Below are positions 55,401 through 64,000 of a DNA stretch of 64,000 nucleotides, in pieces. The stretch is from contig NZ_JBOFLP010000155.1 in the NCBI RefSeq assembly GCF_051657925.1, forward strand, positions 43,954 to 107,953, read 5' to 3'. A program made the position numbers and the translations under genes. Each line of letters begins with the position of its first letter. Position 1 is the first letter of the stretch. The DNA is from Chroococcidiopsis sp. (lineage in GTDB: Bacteria; Cyanobacteriota; Cyanobacteriia; Cyanobacteriales; Chroococcidiopsidaceae). Below the pieces are notes generated by a model. It worked only from the letters and a program-made list of their open reading frames with translations, searched no databases and was not told the DNA's origin.

Positions 55401-55702
55401 ATCAAGCCTTGATCTGTCGCTAGAAAATCGATCGAACACATCTGGAAAAACTTAAGTTCCATTAGTTAACTCTCACCTAAAAGGAGACTTGCTTCGGACT
55501 CTAGATCATCAATTGACTTAAACGATGCTGTAATTTTTACTAGGCTAATACAAGCCTCATAGCTCTCAGGATCGGAAGGTGAAACTCTCTCTACAATCTT
55601 GCCAGATACTACAAGCTCATTCAAAGCGACATCAAAATAAACACTCATTACCCGGTACTTACTACCAAATAAACCAGTAAAAAAACACTCCATAAGAACC
55701 AT
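49455..55702 (-). other. Run of about 13 leftward hypothetical early CDS (incl. 50345-51586, 52015-52458, 52458-53285, 54115-54630)
   Basis: Co-oriented packed ORFs, several strongly acidic. Confidence 0.7.
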
Positions 55703-56063
55703 AACCTAAACAGTGTAGTTACAGCACTGTTTAATACAGTGCTGTAGGCTAACGTTTTGTAGAGTGTAGCTAGCGCAGTAATAAACTGCGCTAGCTTTTT
55801 AATCTCTGAAAAGCCTTTTGTTTGTGTACACTTAGCATCAAGATCGTGGAAACTAGATCTATTTTGGAACGTGTATACATCCCCTAATTCTTACCTACCA
55901 AATAACTGTATAGAGCCTAGCTGTCTAGGTTAACTAGTATTTGCTAATTACTAGTTATCTACCCTCTATACGTCAGGATAGCGGTTTACTAACATTTAAC
56001 GGGTTACTCATACAGATAGATATATGAGTCTCATCCTTATACGACTCGTTAAACGCTAGGGGC

Positions 56064-56082
56064 TATTTAGTTTTCATGGTAC
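56064..56082 (-). promoter_or_regulatory. boxA-like antitermination element 2
   Basis: GTACCATGAAAACTAAATA resembles the rrn boxA consensus (GAACCTTGAAAACTG). Confidence 0.45.
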
Positions 56083-56233
56083 TTTCTACCTAATGAGTCT
56101 CATCCAGTAATCTAAGCTGTTATAGATTAATCCCATGCTCAGTGCGATCGATAATCCTTTCTCAGAAGGACACTTAGATCGGCTAGTCTAGGAAATCTAC
56201 AAATTTTTAGTAAAGTCGTATGAGACTCTATTA

Positions 56234-56252
56234 AGTTGAATTGTCAAGGTGC
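56234..56252 (-). promoter_or_regulatory. boxA-like antitermination element 1
   Basis: GCACCTTGACAATTCAACT. Confidence 0.5.
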
Positions 56253-57667
56253 AAGGTTAAAGGATTCCTAGATACAAAAGTACCCAGAGGAAACGGGACT
56301 CCTACAACAAACCCGTCCTAAGTTTTCGGACTAGGTTGTTATAAGTATCGGTAGCAGGACTACCTAGTTAAATTATTCCCCGATCGCGCTACTAACCGAT
56401 CAAAAGTCGAAAACAATTAGTAGCAGCTATCAAAACCCTTACGTAGAGAGGCTTTTGGGTGTTTGTCCTTCCCTTTCCCTCTCATGTATCTACTATAGCG
56501 CGATCGCCGCTAATTTGTATAGATCAGATGTACTATTTTACGATTAAGTTGTTTCATTGATTCTAGCTAGGTGTTTAGATGTTTATCTATGGTTCTAGGA
56601 TGTACGTTTTATATGGGTTTCAGCGATCGCGATCGTGTGTTTAGTCCAATATCCTTACTGTGTTAGTCCAAATACGCTACAGCGTTGATCCGATCGCTGT
56701 AGCTCTTACCCTATAAAGCTTTCAGACCACTGTATTGATGGGTGATTTGCTCTGGTAAGCAATTCACCGTAACTCTAGCGTATAGGTTTTGTAGGTTAGG
56801 CAGTCGGTACGCTCTCGATCGCGCTATAGGGTCTGTAGGCTCTCAGGATAGCACGATTAGGACTAGGTAGAGCTAAGGTACGATCGCACCCTAACGTATG
56901 CAGAATAGCCTAAAACAAACGATCGATAGAAAACCGATTGCAGATCAGGGGAAAACGATCGCGATCGGAACATTCGATCGGCTTAGGACAAGTTCCGATC
57001 GTGCATTGTCGTTAGCGATCGCATTAGTGTTGTCGTTCGCATTGTCATTAGCGTTTACTTTAGTATTGCTCTTAGTGTTGTCTATTAAAATAACAAACGA
57101 TCGATCGCGATCGGGAACAAGAAGACGCGATCGGCACTGGACTTACGTACTTCTTATAATAAATACCCTATCCAATTCCCAATACCCCTCATAACCCCTA
57201 ATACCTTAGCGATATCACTTCAATATCAATCCATCGTCAATAATAAAACCCTATACATCTCGAAAAGAGACGATCGATTGCCTTGCAGGGTCTATAGGAC
57301 TCTCAGGAATGCACTGTATACCCTCTGTAAGGCTCTAGGAGGCGAAGTAATACTGGTATGATAGAGGAACAAGCGCATACCCTCCTATGTACCTTCTACA
57401 ACCTCTCAGAGCCAAGTTCTCAGCACAGCATTTTAGTCCTGTTGCGGGAAACGAACCAAATAGTCAACTAGAGCGACTTAAAAAGCCTGTATCGCATACC
57501 GATCAGGCGATGCAATACCGAAATCATCAAAAGCAAGAGAAACAGAAGGAATCAAAGCAGCGGATTCGTCGATCGACCCGTCCAACCTTAATTCCCCTAG
57601 CGTTGAAAGACAAGCTGAAGCGAGATGCATTTACCAAACCGTCCGAAGAGAGTCCTTTGGTTTAAGT

Positions 57668-58213
57668 ATGGGGATTCGAATTCAAGAGAAAGCCGTTCAA
57701 GCTGCATTACGAAACTACTACGCTGAGGCTGGATATGTCGTAAAGCGTGAAGTGATTACCCCAGTCGGATTTATTGATTTAATCCTATATCGAGAGATGG
57801 GACGCTCCTCTAGAGAGAAAGTCCTAGTTGAGGTTAAAGAATGGAGTGGGATTAAACATGCGATCGGACAGTTACTGAGCTACGAGCAATATCATTCCGA
57901 TTCTACTGAACTTCGACTTATCTATTTCACCCGGAACGGTCAATACAAAGGAGTGGAATCGATCCACCAAACCGATCAACTTAAACGACAGCATCCTAAG
58001 TTGACGATCGAGTTCGTCAACAACTTAATCCCTATTGATACTTTTATTCCATGCCAACCGACGATAAACCAGAACTCATTAGACTCTACGAGCAGTTTGA
58101 GTCAGACCTCTCAGAATCTGATCGATATCCTAATCCCCCAGGACGAGTTAGCGGAATATCCCCTCGATCTATGGGGATCAACTGGGACACCGTTCGACAA
58201 GATTTCATTCTAG
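57668..58213 (+). CDS. PD-(D/E)XK restriction-endonuclease-like protein
   Basis: REV....G.IDL, VEVK, AIGQLL.Y. Confidence 0.7.
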   Translation: MGIRIQEKAVQAALRNYYAEAGYVVKREVITPVGFIDLILYREMGRSSREKVLVEVKEWSGIKHAIGQLLSYEQYHSDSTELRLIYFTRNGQYKGVESIHQTDQLKRQHPKLTIEFVNNLIPIDTFIPCQPTINQNSLDSTSSLSQTSQNLIDILIPQDELAEYPLDLWGSTGTPFDKISF

Positions 58214-58827
58214 GGAAGCGGAAACAGCTAGAAGACGGTAGCTGGGTCAGCGAGGATTATACTCACCAAGAATTAGCAGGTAAGTATGCGATCAAGCTAT
58301 CCACACTAAGGAAGCAGCTTTATAACGGATCATGGCATAACTATCGCAAGGCTTACCTCGCTAGGGTAAGCCAGATGAGTATCGGGTTGGAACTAGGTCT
58401 CTACACCCAGGAAAACTACCAAAGCGAAATTGCAGCGATGCGAGCCTGCGACAAGTTAGGAAACGTAATGACTGCTTATATCCAGCACCGCTTCGGAGAA
58501 GTGCTGGATGCTCAAAGTGATTTGCTCACAGACGGAGAGCTGCCGTCGAATGTTGCAGAGACCATGAATGAGGTTCATCCGAAGACAGGTGTTCCCTTGT
58601 TCTTAGGAGAGGTAGAAAAGGCGATTAAAGTCACAAAAGATATTTATGACCTACAGCGCAGGATTTACGAGAATGCTCCTTCAACTGGAGCAGATATTGT
58701 GGAAGAAGTAACCTCGAAACCGAAGTTCGCAAACGATCGCGAACGTGAGTCTAAGATTAGCAACCTCGAAGCGCAGATCGGTCGAAAACTCCGTCAGATC
58801 GAGCAAGAGTCTGAAGGAAGAAATTAA
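58051..58827 (+). CDS. Putative terminase small subunit (N-terminal HTH)
   Basis: NWDTVRQDFILG...T.QELA.KY.I..STLRK.....W pattern followed by a helical region. Confidence 0.45.
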   Translation: MPTDDKPELIRLYEQFESDLSESDRYPNPPGRVSGISPRSMGINWDTVRQDFILGKRKQLEDGSWVSEDYTHQELAGKYAIKLSTLRKQLYNGSWHNYRKAYLARVSQMSIGLELGLYTQENYQSEIAAMRACDKLGNVMTAYIQHRFGEVLDAQSDLLTDGELPSNVAETMNEVHPKTGVPLFLGEVEKAIKVTKDIYDLQRRIYENAPSTGADIVEEVTSKPKFANDRERESKISNLEAQIGRKLRQIEQESEGRN

Positions 58828-59197
58828 GTATAAATACTGAAGACACTAAATCTGTTTTATTTCAAGATGAACCTTGCCGTTTCATTTAAGCCTTATGCGT
58901 TGGTTCCGGGTGCGCTACGTCTTGTTTATTGCTTGTATGGGATCAGCAGCAGCAGCCTTATGTTTGCTGCTGCCTAGCATATTTCTAATGATGCTGTTGT
59001 TTATTACGGTATGTGTCACGCTTCCTGGATCATACCTGTATTGGTTCACGAATCGATCGCGACGATTTGTTAAGTGCTTCAGTGAAACTGAGGTGCAGGA
59101 TTATCTAAGAAATCAAGGATTAAGAGGAAAGATTCGAGTCAGCAAGATCATTCGAGTCCAACGAATCAACCACTGATAAATCAAAACAGGAGATAGT

Positions 59198-59617
59198 ATG
59201 AGCAGCTTATTAGTGTGGTCCTGCAAGTTGATCTATGACGATACAATATTCGAGAGATCCGTTAGTGCTGGTACAGCAGGAGAAGCAGCAGAGCTGCTAG
59301 TAGCAGCATGGGAGCACCAAACCTGCGTCTATTCGATCGCGTCTGGAAGCCGATCGATCAAAGTGGAGGTTCTAACCGATATATATGGTCAAATGTTACG
59401 TCAGGTTTCGGGTGATATTATAAGCTGTGTCTTGTGGATAACTGATGGAGACCCGTCTGAGTTGCCGGGTCTAGCAGAGCGACTGGAAGAGCTAGAAGCC
59501 GCTAAAAAGCAGATAGAGAATACAAAGCAGTACTTCGTCGTTGAGGGGGTTCCCATCCCCCAGTACAGAGCAACCGAAACATCAGAAGCGATATGCGAGG
59601 AGGTGTCGTATGTGTGA
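59198..59617 (+). CDS. Hypothetical protein
   Basis: AGGAG RBS, 139 aa. Confidence 0.6.
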   Translation: MSSLLVWSCKLIYDDTIFERSVSAGTAGEAAELLVAAWEHQTCVYSIASGSRSIKVEVLTDIYGQMLRQVSGDIISCVLWITDGDPSELPGLAERLEELEAAKKQIENTKQYFVVEGVPIPQYRATETSEAICEEVSYV

Positions 59618-60035
59618 AGTTGCGGAGGTATGTTGCTCAACGCGCAGAAAAGCGCGTAAGGAGCATATCTGCTCTGATTGTCATCAGCCGATCGCAATCA
59701 AGGAGGTTTATATTGAAACAACTGGAATCTTCGATCGTATACCGTTTCAAAAGAGAACGTGTTTGACGTGTGACGATCTGTACACTTTTCTATGGAGTCT
59801 CCCAGAAACTGATTGCATCAATGACTCGCTGCATCAGCATCTAAGAGACTGTGAGTACATCGATCCATGTCCCCATGCTGAAGAAGTTGAACGAGGTCAA
59901 TACTGCTCGATTACTTCAACGGTGCCGTGGTTGCGGCACCTGAAAGGTAAGTGGACGTTAGTGCTAGGTAAATATACGACCGCTAACGTTAAGGCACGAT
60001 CGAAGCATCGAGATTTCGCCTATCTTCCGCTGTGA
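59610..60035 (+). CDS. Zn-finger-like phage protein
   Basis: RKARKEH.C.DC...I...E.Y, C..C; likely start ATG 59610 after GGAGG. Confidence 0.6.
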   Translation: MCEVAEVCCSTRRKARKEHICSDCHQPIAIKEVYIETTGIFDRIPFQKRTCLTCDDLYTFLWSLPETDCINDSLHQHLRDCEYIDPCPHAEEVERGQYCSITSTVPWLRHLKGKWTLVLGKYTTANVKARSKHRDFAYLPL

Positions 60036-60078
60036 TTTTAGAGCAAGGAATTACAGTAGGAGTAGTAGATAGAGTAAT

Positions 60079-60226
60079 CTGCGACAGTATTCAACGATGG
60101 AATGCGGGTTTCAGCCAAAGATATTGTCGCAAGACCCTCGAATACTGTCGCAAAACAGGGAGATATTGTCGCAAGACCCCTGAAAAAACGGGAGATATTG
60201 TCGCAAGACCCTCGAATACTGTCGCA
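60079..60226 (+). repeat. Helically phased direct repeats ATA(T/C)TGTCGCA (iteron-like)
   Basis: Five direct copies at 60121, 60142, 60163, 60195, 60216 plus one inverted copy at 60079-60092. Confidence 0.85.
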
Positions 60227-60234
60227 GCATAAAC

Positions 60235-60879
60235 ATGGACCAGGATGAGCTAAAGGAGCTAATTCAGCAAGAACCGATCAACGTCTTGCGGATTAAACAA
60301 GCGATCGAAACCGAAGGGTTGCAGGTCGATGCGGTGCTAGTACCGCTAGTTGAGGAGCTTTCGTCTCTGAGAGCATACCTATTAAAAACAAAAGCTCGTG
60401 ATATCAGTTCTCGCGCCACGGCTGCTGAATTAGGAGACTACTTTCTATCGAATCCCGATCTTGTGTCCGGGTTTTCCTATCGAAACGGGCAGTTGTTAAA
60501 TCGTAAACAGCATCCGGTTTCAAAAGACGATTTAGACTTGGTTGCTTTGGAGCGAAAACTTCGTCTAACCTCTCGATTTTTTCAGTCGCCTTTATCGTTT
60601 AGAGAGTTATTGATTGGATTGAAACGCTATTTCCTATCTGTGGCAGTTACTGATCGCCATCAAAGTGAGACGGTTAGAGAATGCATTCACGATCAAGCAG
60701 ATCAGTTACTCAATTCATCTAAAACTAAGAAACGATCGTATATCTTACTGAGCGAGTTAAAGCGTCGCCTGCCTTACCATTCAGAAGAAGATATTAGATC
60801 TGCGCTGATAGACTCCGACTGGATCTTTGATCAAAAAACCAATCGTCAATGGATATTTAGAAAAGGAAAACCGTCATGA
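60235..60879 (+). CDS. Hypothetical protein (possible DNA-binding/initiator)
   Basis: 214 aa, directly downstream of the repeat array; basic, possibly winged-helix-like C-terminus. Confidence 0.6.
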   Translation: MDQDELKELIQQEPINVLRIKQAIETEGLQVDAVLVPLVEELSSLRAYLLKTKARDISSRATAAELGDYFLSNPDLVSGFSYRNGQLLNRKQHPVSKDDLDLVALERKLRLTSRFFQSPLSFRELLIGLKRYFLSVAVTDRHQSETVRECIHDQADQLLNSSKTKKRSYILLSELKRRLPYHSEEDIRSALIDSDWIFDQKTNRQWIFRKGKPS

Positions 60880-61046
60880 TTAACAAAGACGTAAGAGTGT
60901 TGCTAATGTTTTGCTATGCATTTATTGTACTAATTGTCGGAGTTGTTCTACTAGAACATAGCAGCCCTGTAGTTAAAACCTGCGGCATGGTGTTAGTTGT
61001 ATACGCTAACTATTTGGCATGGAATTCAGGTGAGGCATAGTAAGTT

Positions 61047-61358
61047 GTGATTAAAGTTGTCGTTGCTGGATCGCGATCGTTTTCAAACTATCCAGTAGCT
61101 AAATTCTATCTGGATCTTGCCTTGATAAATCATACCGACGTTGAGATCGTGTCCGGGACCGCACGAGGAGCGGACCAGCTAGGAGAGCGATATGCAAAGG
61201 AAAAGGGATTTCCTGTAAAACTATACCCCGCAGAGTGGGACATGTACGGCAAATCTGCTGGGTATATCCGAAATGAGAAGATGGCTAAGTATGTCAGTCA
61301 CGCTGTTATCTTTTGGGACGGGAAATCAAAGGGGACGAAACACATGATAGACCTATAA
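61047..61358 (+). CDS. DUF2493/YspA-like SLOG protein
   Basis: VVAGSRSF, IVSGTARGAD, AG.IRN..M, FWDGKSKGT. Confidence 0.85.
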   Translation: MIKVVVAGSRSFSNYPVAKFYLDLALINHTDVEIVSGTARGADQLGERYAKEKGFPVKLYPAEWDMYGKSAGYIRNEKMAKYVSHAVIFWDGKSKGTKHMIDL

Positions 61359-61615
61359 TCCAAGAGCTTTTCCCTGACGAACGTTCTTTCTAGATTCTCT
61401 AACAAGCTGTGCAGCGTATTGTCTTGTTTGAGCGTTTGCAGGAATCTTAGGAAGATTTGCGGTATAGTAACGAACGAAGTTAGCAAGATTCATTTTTACT
61501 ATGTTTTTTGATTGCTTCTATAAAGCTTAAGGTGGAAAAAGGGTAGCCGTAAGCAAGATTACTATCCACCTTGATTGGTTCCGGCTCTCTTTTTGGATCA
61601 GGTTTGCTTCTCATA

Positions 61616-62302
61616 TTACTTTCTACCTCTTAAATACTTCGCTCCAACCACTGCCCCTCCCAAAACGCCTGCACCTACCCCTGCTCCAATTAACGCACCC
61701 ATCGGACGATAGCTAGGATCTTCGTAGCGATTCATCAAGTCTTGTTCGTTCCCCATGAATCGATCGAACGTTCCTTTGAATCGCTTTCCTTCTGGACTTT
61801 CTGCGTCAATCGCCTTCATTCCTAGAACGCTTTTATCTGAGTTCATGATTGCGGATTCAAAATCTTCGTTAAATCGAGTCCCAAGTCTTTGACGAAGGGC
61901 TGTTTCCTGCGGCGTAGATAACTCACTGACTCGACGAGCGTTCGCAACTCCGCCTGCTGTATACCCTAGTAATGCACCTAGTCCCAATCCACCTGCGATC
62001 GCAGCTCCTGCTGAAAATTGAGCAGTAGGATAATGCATAAACCGACCTTGAGGATACAGTCGATAGTTATTGCTTCGAGCGGTTTGACGCTCAGATTGCT
62101 GAATGGCTGCGAATTCCTGTTGAGCCTTGCGTCTTAGCACGGGATCAGAAGATGCTAAATGACCTGATTGAGCCAGCTTCGTCTTGCGTTTAGCAATATC
62201 GTCAAATCCTTTACCTAGAGCACTTGAGGTATTCTTAAGTCCCCGACCCATGCTAGGAGTCATAAAACGAAAATTAGCTTGAGAATAGAAAGTTAAATGC
62301 AT
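61616..62302 (-). CDS. Gly-rich hypothetical protein with glycine-zipper segments
   Basis: GAAIAGGLGLGALLG, GALIGAGVGAGVLGG. Confidence 0.65.
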   Translation of the reverse strand: MHLTFYSQANFRFMTPSMGRGLKNTSSALGKGFDDIAKRKTKLAQSGHLASSDPVLRRKAQQEFAAIQQSERQTARSNNYRLYPQGRFMHYPTAQFSAGAAIAGGLGLGALLGYTAGGVANARRVSELSTPQETALRQRLGTRFNEDFESAIMNSDKSVLGMKAIDAESPEGKRFKGTFDRFMGNEQDLMNRYEDPSYRPMGALIGAGVGAGVLGGAVVGAKYLRGRK

Positions 62303-62823
62303 ACGAGGTACTAATAGATTAACAAACTAACGTCTTTGAATATAGTGCGATCCGAGTCCTGCCGCCATTCCTAGCGCAGCTCCTCCTAGAATAAATCTGT
62401 TGTTACCCTGCTCTCGCCAGGTTTTAGCAATGTGATCCTCGTTATCTCTATACGCTTTCACATATTCATTAGTCTTAGGGGTCCGATTAAATACACGCCC
62501 CGCTTCAGAACTAATCAACAATGAGGGATTTCTGGGATCGCTTTCAAAGCCGTAGACAAGGTATGGACATCTTTATCCCATTGATTTCCTCTAGCGTAGA
62601 GATTCACAACCCCTGCGCCTAAACCAATCCCTGCTCCAGCTAGTCCTGTTATCGCAGTAGTTCCTAAAACCCCAAACTCAGATGAGTTTTCCATATAGGA
62701 AAACTTATGCGCCGATCGACGAGTGTACATAACTATAAGCAATTCTTCTACCTTATTGTACCGCTATTCTCTTCTGGTAAGGTTTTCGCGAATACTGGTT
62801 GAACATGCTTGCTGGTATAGAAA

Positions 62824-62895
62824 TCCGGGATGCAGGAGTTGAACCTGCCTGCGCTCGATTATGAGTCAAGTACCTTTCCGCTCGGTCAATCCCGG
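62824..62895 (-). tRNA. tRNA with CAT anticodon (probably Ile2, otherwise Met)
   Basis: CCGGGAT/ATCCCGG acceptor, CTTGA-CTCATAA-TCGAG anticodon arm, GCAGG-TTCAACT-CCTGC T-arm. Confidence 0.85.
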
Positions 62896-63611
62896 TTATG
62901 TGAAGTATATCTTAACACCTACCCTGTTCTTATATCTTCTTGTTTTCTTAATAATTTCCTATTGATATCAAGGAATGTAGATGTTTGAATAAGACACGTC
63001 CGCACGGATCACGGAATAACAGTATTAATACACACCCGTATTCTTAAAATAGTGTTAAGACCGGGGTGTTGCCGTTTACCTAAGATGTCTGTCGTGTATA
63101 TTCAAACTCCACCTCTGGCTGAACCGTCTATCTTAAGTGCGTCTGCTTCCTGGAAATATAAATATGGGACTTCCTTTGTGGATGAGTTATATCGTAAAGT
63201 CCCGATCCGATCGATGCATAGAACTACGGTCTTTCTAGTCGGTCCCGATCGAAGCTATTACAGTTACTGCTCTAGTCAAGCAACGCTACTGTCTTTCTTT
63301 AACTATGGAGCAGCGGCTGAGGCTGCAAGACAGCCTCTATCGTCATTTAAGCCGATCTATCATGTGGTAACCCCGACCCTTCACGAACATCTATGTGATC
63401 GCGAGTTTTTAATCTCTGCATTCTTGCCTACCAAGATGGCAGCAGAAGATTTCTTTGATCAATCAAGTTGCGGACCCCTGGGACTCGGAACCTATTCCAC
63501 TATTTCGTTGAATGAGGCAGTACAAATCGCGATCGTAAAGCAAATCTACTAAGTAGATCGCACGTATTACTTTTTGTATACGTGCGGTTGTCCTTTTTGG
63601 CTGAGTACGTT

Positions 63612-64000
63612 ATGCTTGTGCTGTTATTTACGAACATCGAGGTGTGTATGCTTCCGATTGTTGGAAAATTTCCCGCACCTGGAAGAAAGGTGCGGTTATT
63701 TGCAGGTGTTTTCGTATTTATTGGCTTAGCAGGTAACATCCCTGCTCGTGCTGATTTTATGGGGTTCCTGACTGGGGGGCAGGCGCAATCTGATCAAAAT
63801 GATCGTGCTGCCGCTGAGCGAGAAGAACGCGGGTTCGAAAGTCGATCGGATCGGGGTACGGGTGTTGTGAGGATTGAAAAATACTCCCCTTCTTTACCTG
63901 CATCCTCCGGGTCTAAGGGATGGAAAAGTGAGCAGAATCCTGGCGGAGCACCAAGACCTGCTCATTCCCCCGTCTGGTTCATAGCTAGCAACTTAGCCTA
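63612..64000 (+). CDS. Hypothetical exported protein (3' partial)
   Basis: Frame open to the window end; signal-peptide-like VFVFIGLAG..PARA. Confidence 0.45.
   Translation, partial: MLVLLFTNIEVCMLPIVGKFPAPGRKVRLFAGVFVFIGLAGNIPARADFMGFLTGGQAQSDQNDRAAAEREERGFESRSDRGTGVVRIEKYSPSLPASSGSKGWKSEQNPGGAPRPAHSPVWFIASNLA

Noticed and set aside
56898-57194. 98-aa ORF with hydrophobic repeats
   Set aside because: Arises from low-complexity hexamer/HIP1-rich DNA in the putative terminus region; no clear RBS
60079-60226. Repeat array as a CRISPR array
   Set aside because: Repeats are 11-19 bp, and the intervals are short and partly identical; there are no unique 30-40 nt spacers
60032-60232. 66-aa ORF
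   Set aside because: Its YCRKT repeats simply translate the DNA repeat array

Overview
This window looks like part of a large, probably temperate cyanophage genome; no capsid, tail or large-terminase genes are recognisable. A cyanobacterial host is suggested by abundant HIP1 (GCGATCGC) sites, cyanobacterial-type tRNA-Phe sequences, an integrase of a type common in cyanobacteria and a vWA/Slr1339-like gene pair. Layout: (i) 1-21.7 kb, a mostly leftward replication and nucleotide-metabolism module (Dam-like MTase, M23 peptidase, cyanophage-type RNR alpha/beta, family A DNA polymerase, helicase, primase, exonuclease, DHFR, ThyA, SSB, Sak-like annealase). (ii) 21.7-33.5 kb, accessory genes (vWA + Slr1339-like, dNMP kinase, HNH, DarG-like macrodomain, RNA ligase, regulators, a candidate sRNA). 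(iii) 33.6-35.3 kb, a tRNA-Phe/att/integrase locus. (iv) 36-55.7 kb, a long, mostly leftward cluster of small, often acidic 'early' genes including ArdA, DUF932 and an HD alarmone-hydrolase-like gene. (v) 55.7-57.6 kb, a non-coding strand-switch region with boxA-like sites. (vi) 57.6-64 kb, a nuclease, a TerS-like gene, an iteron-like array, Gly-rich proteins and a tRNA(CAT). The most notable finding is a stand-alone gene (39187-39993) whose C-terminal half resembles Cas11d, the C-terminus of type I-D Cas10d. It is preceded by a solitary type I-D-like CRISPR repeat, and no other cas genes or array are present. Together they are a candidate protein + RNA anti-CRISPR module against cyanobacterial type I-D. 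All family assignments come from motif recognition by eye, without database searches.
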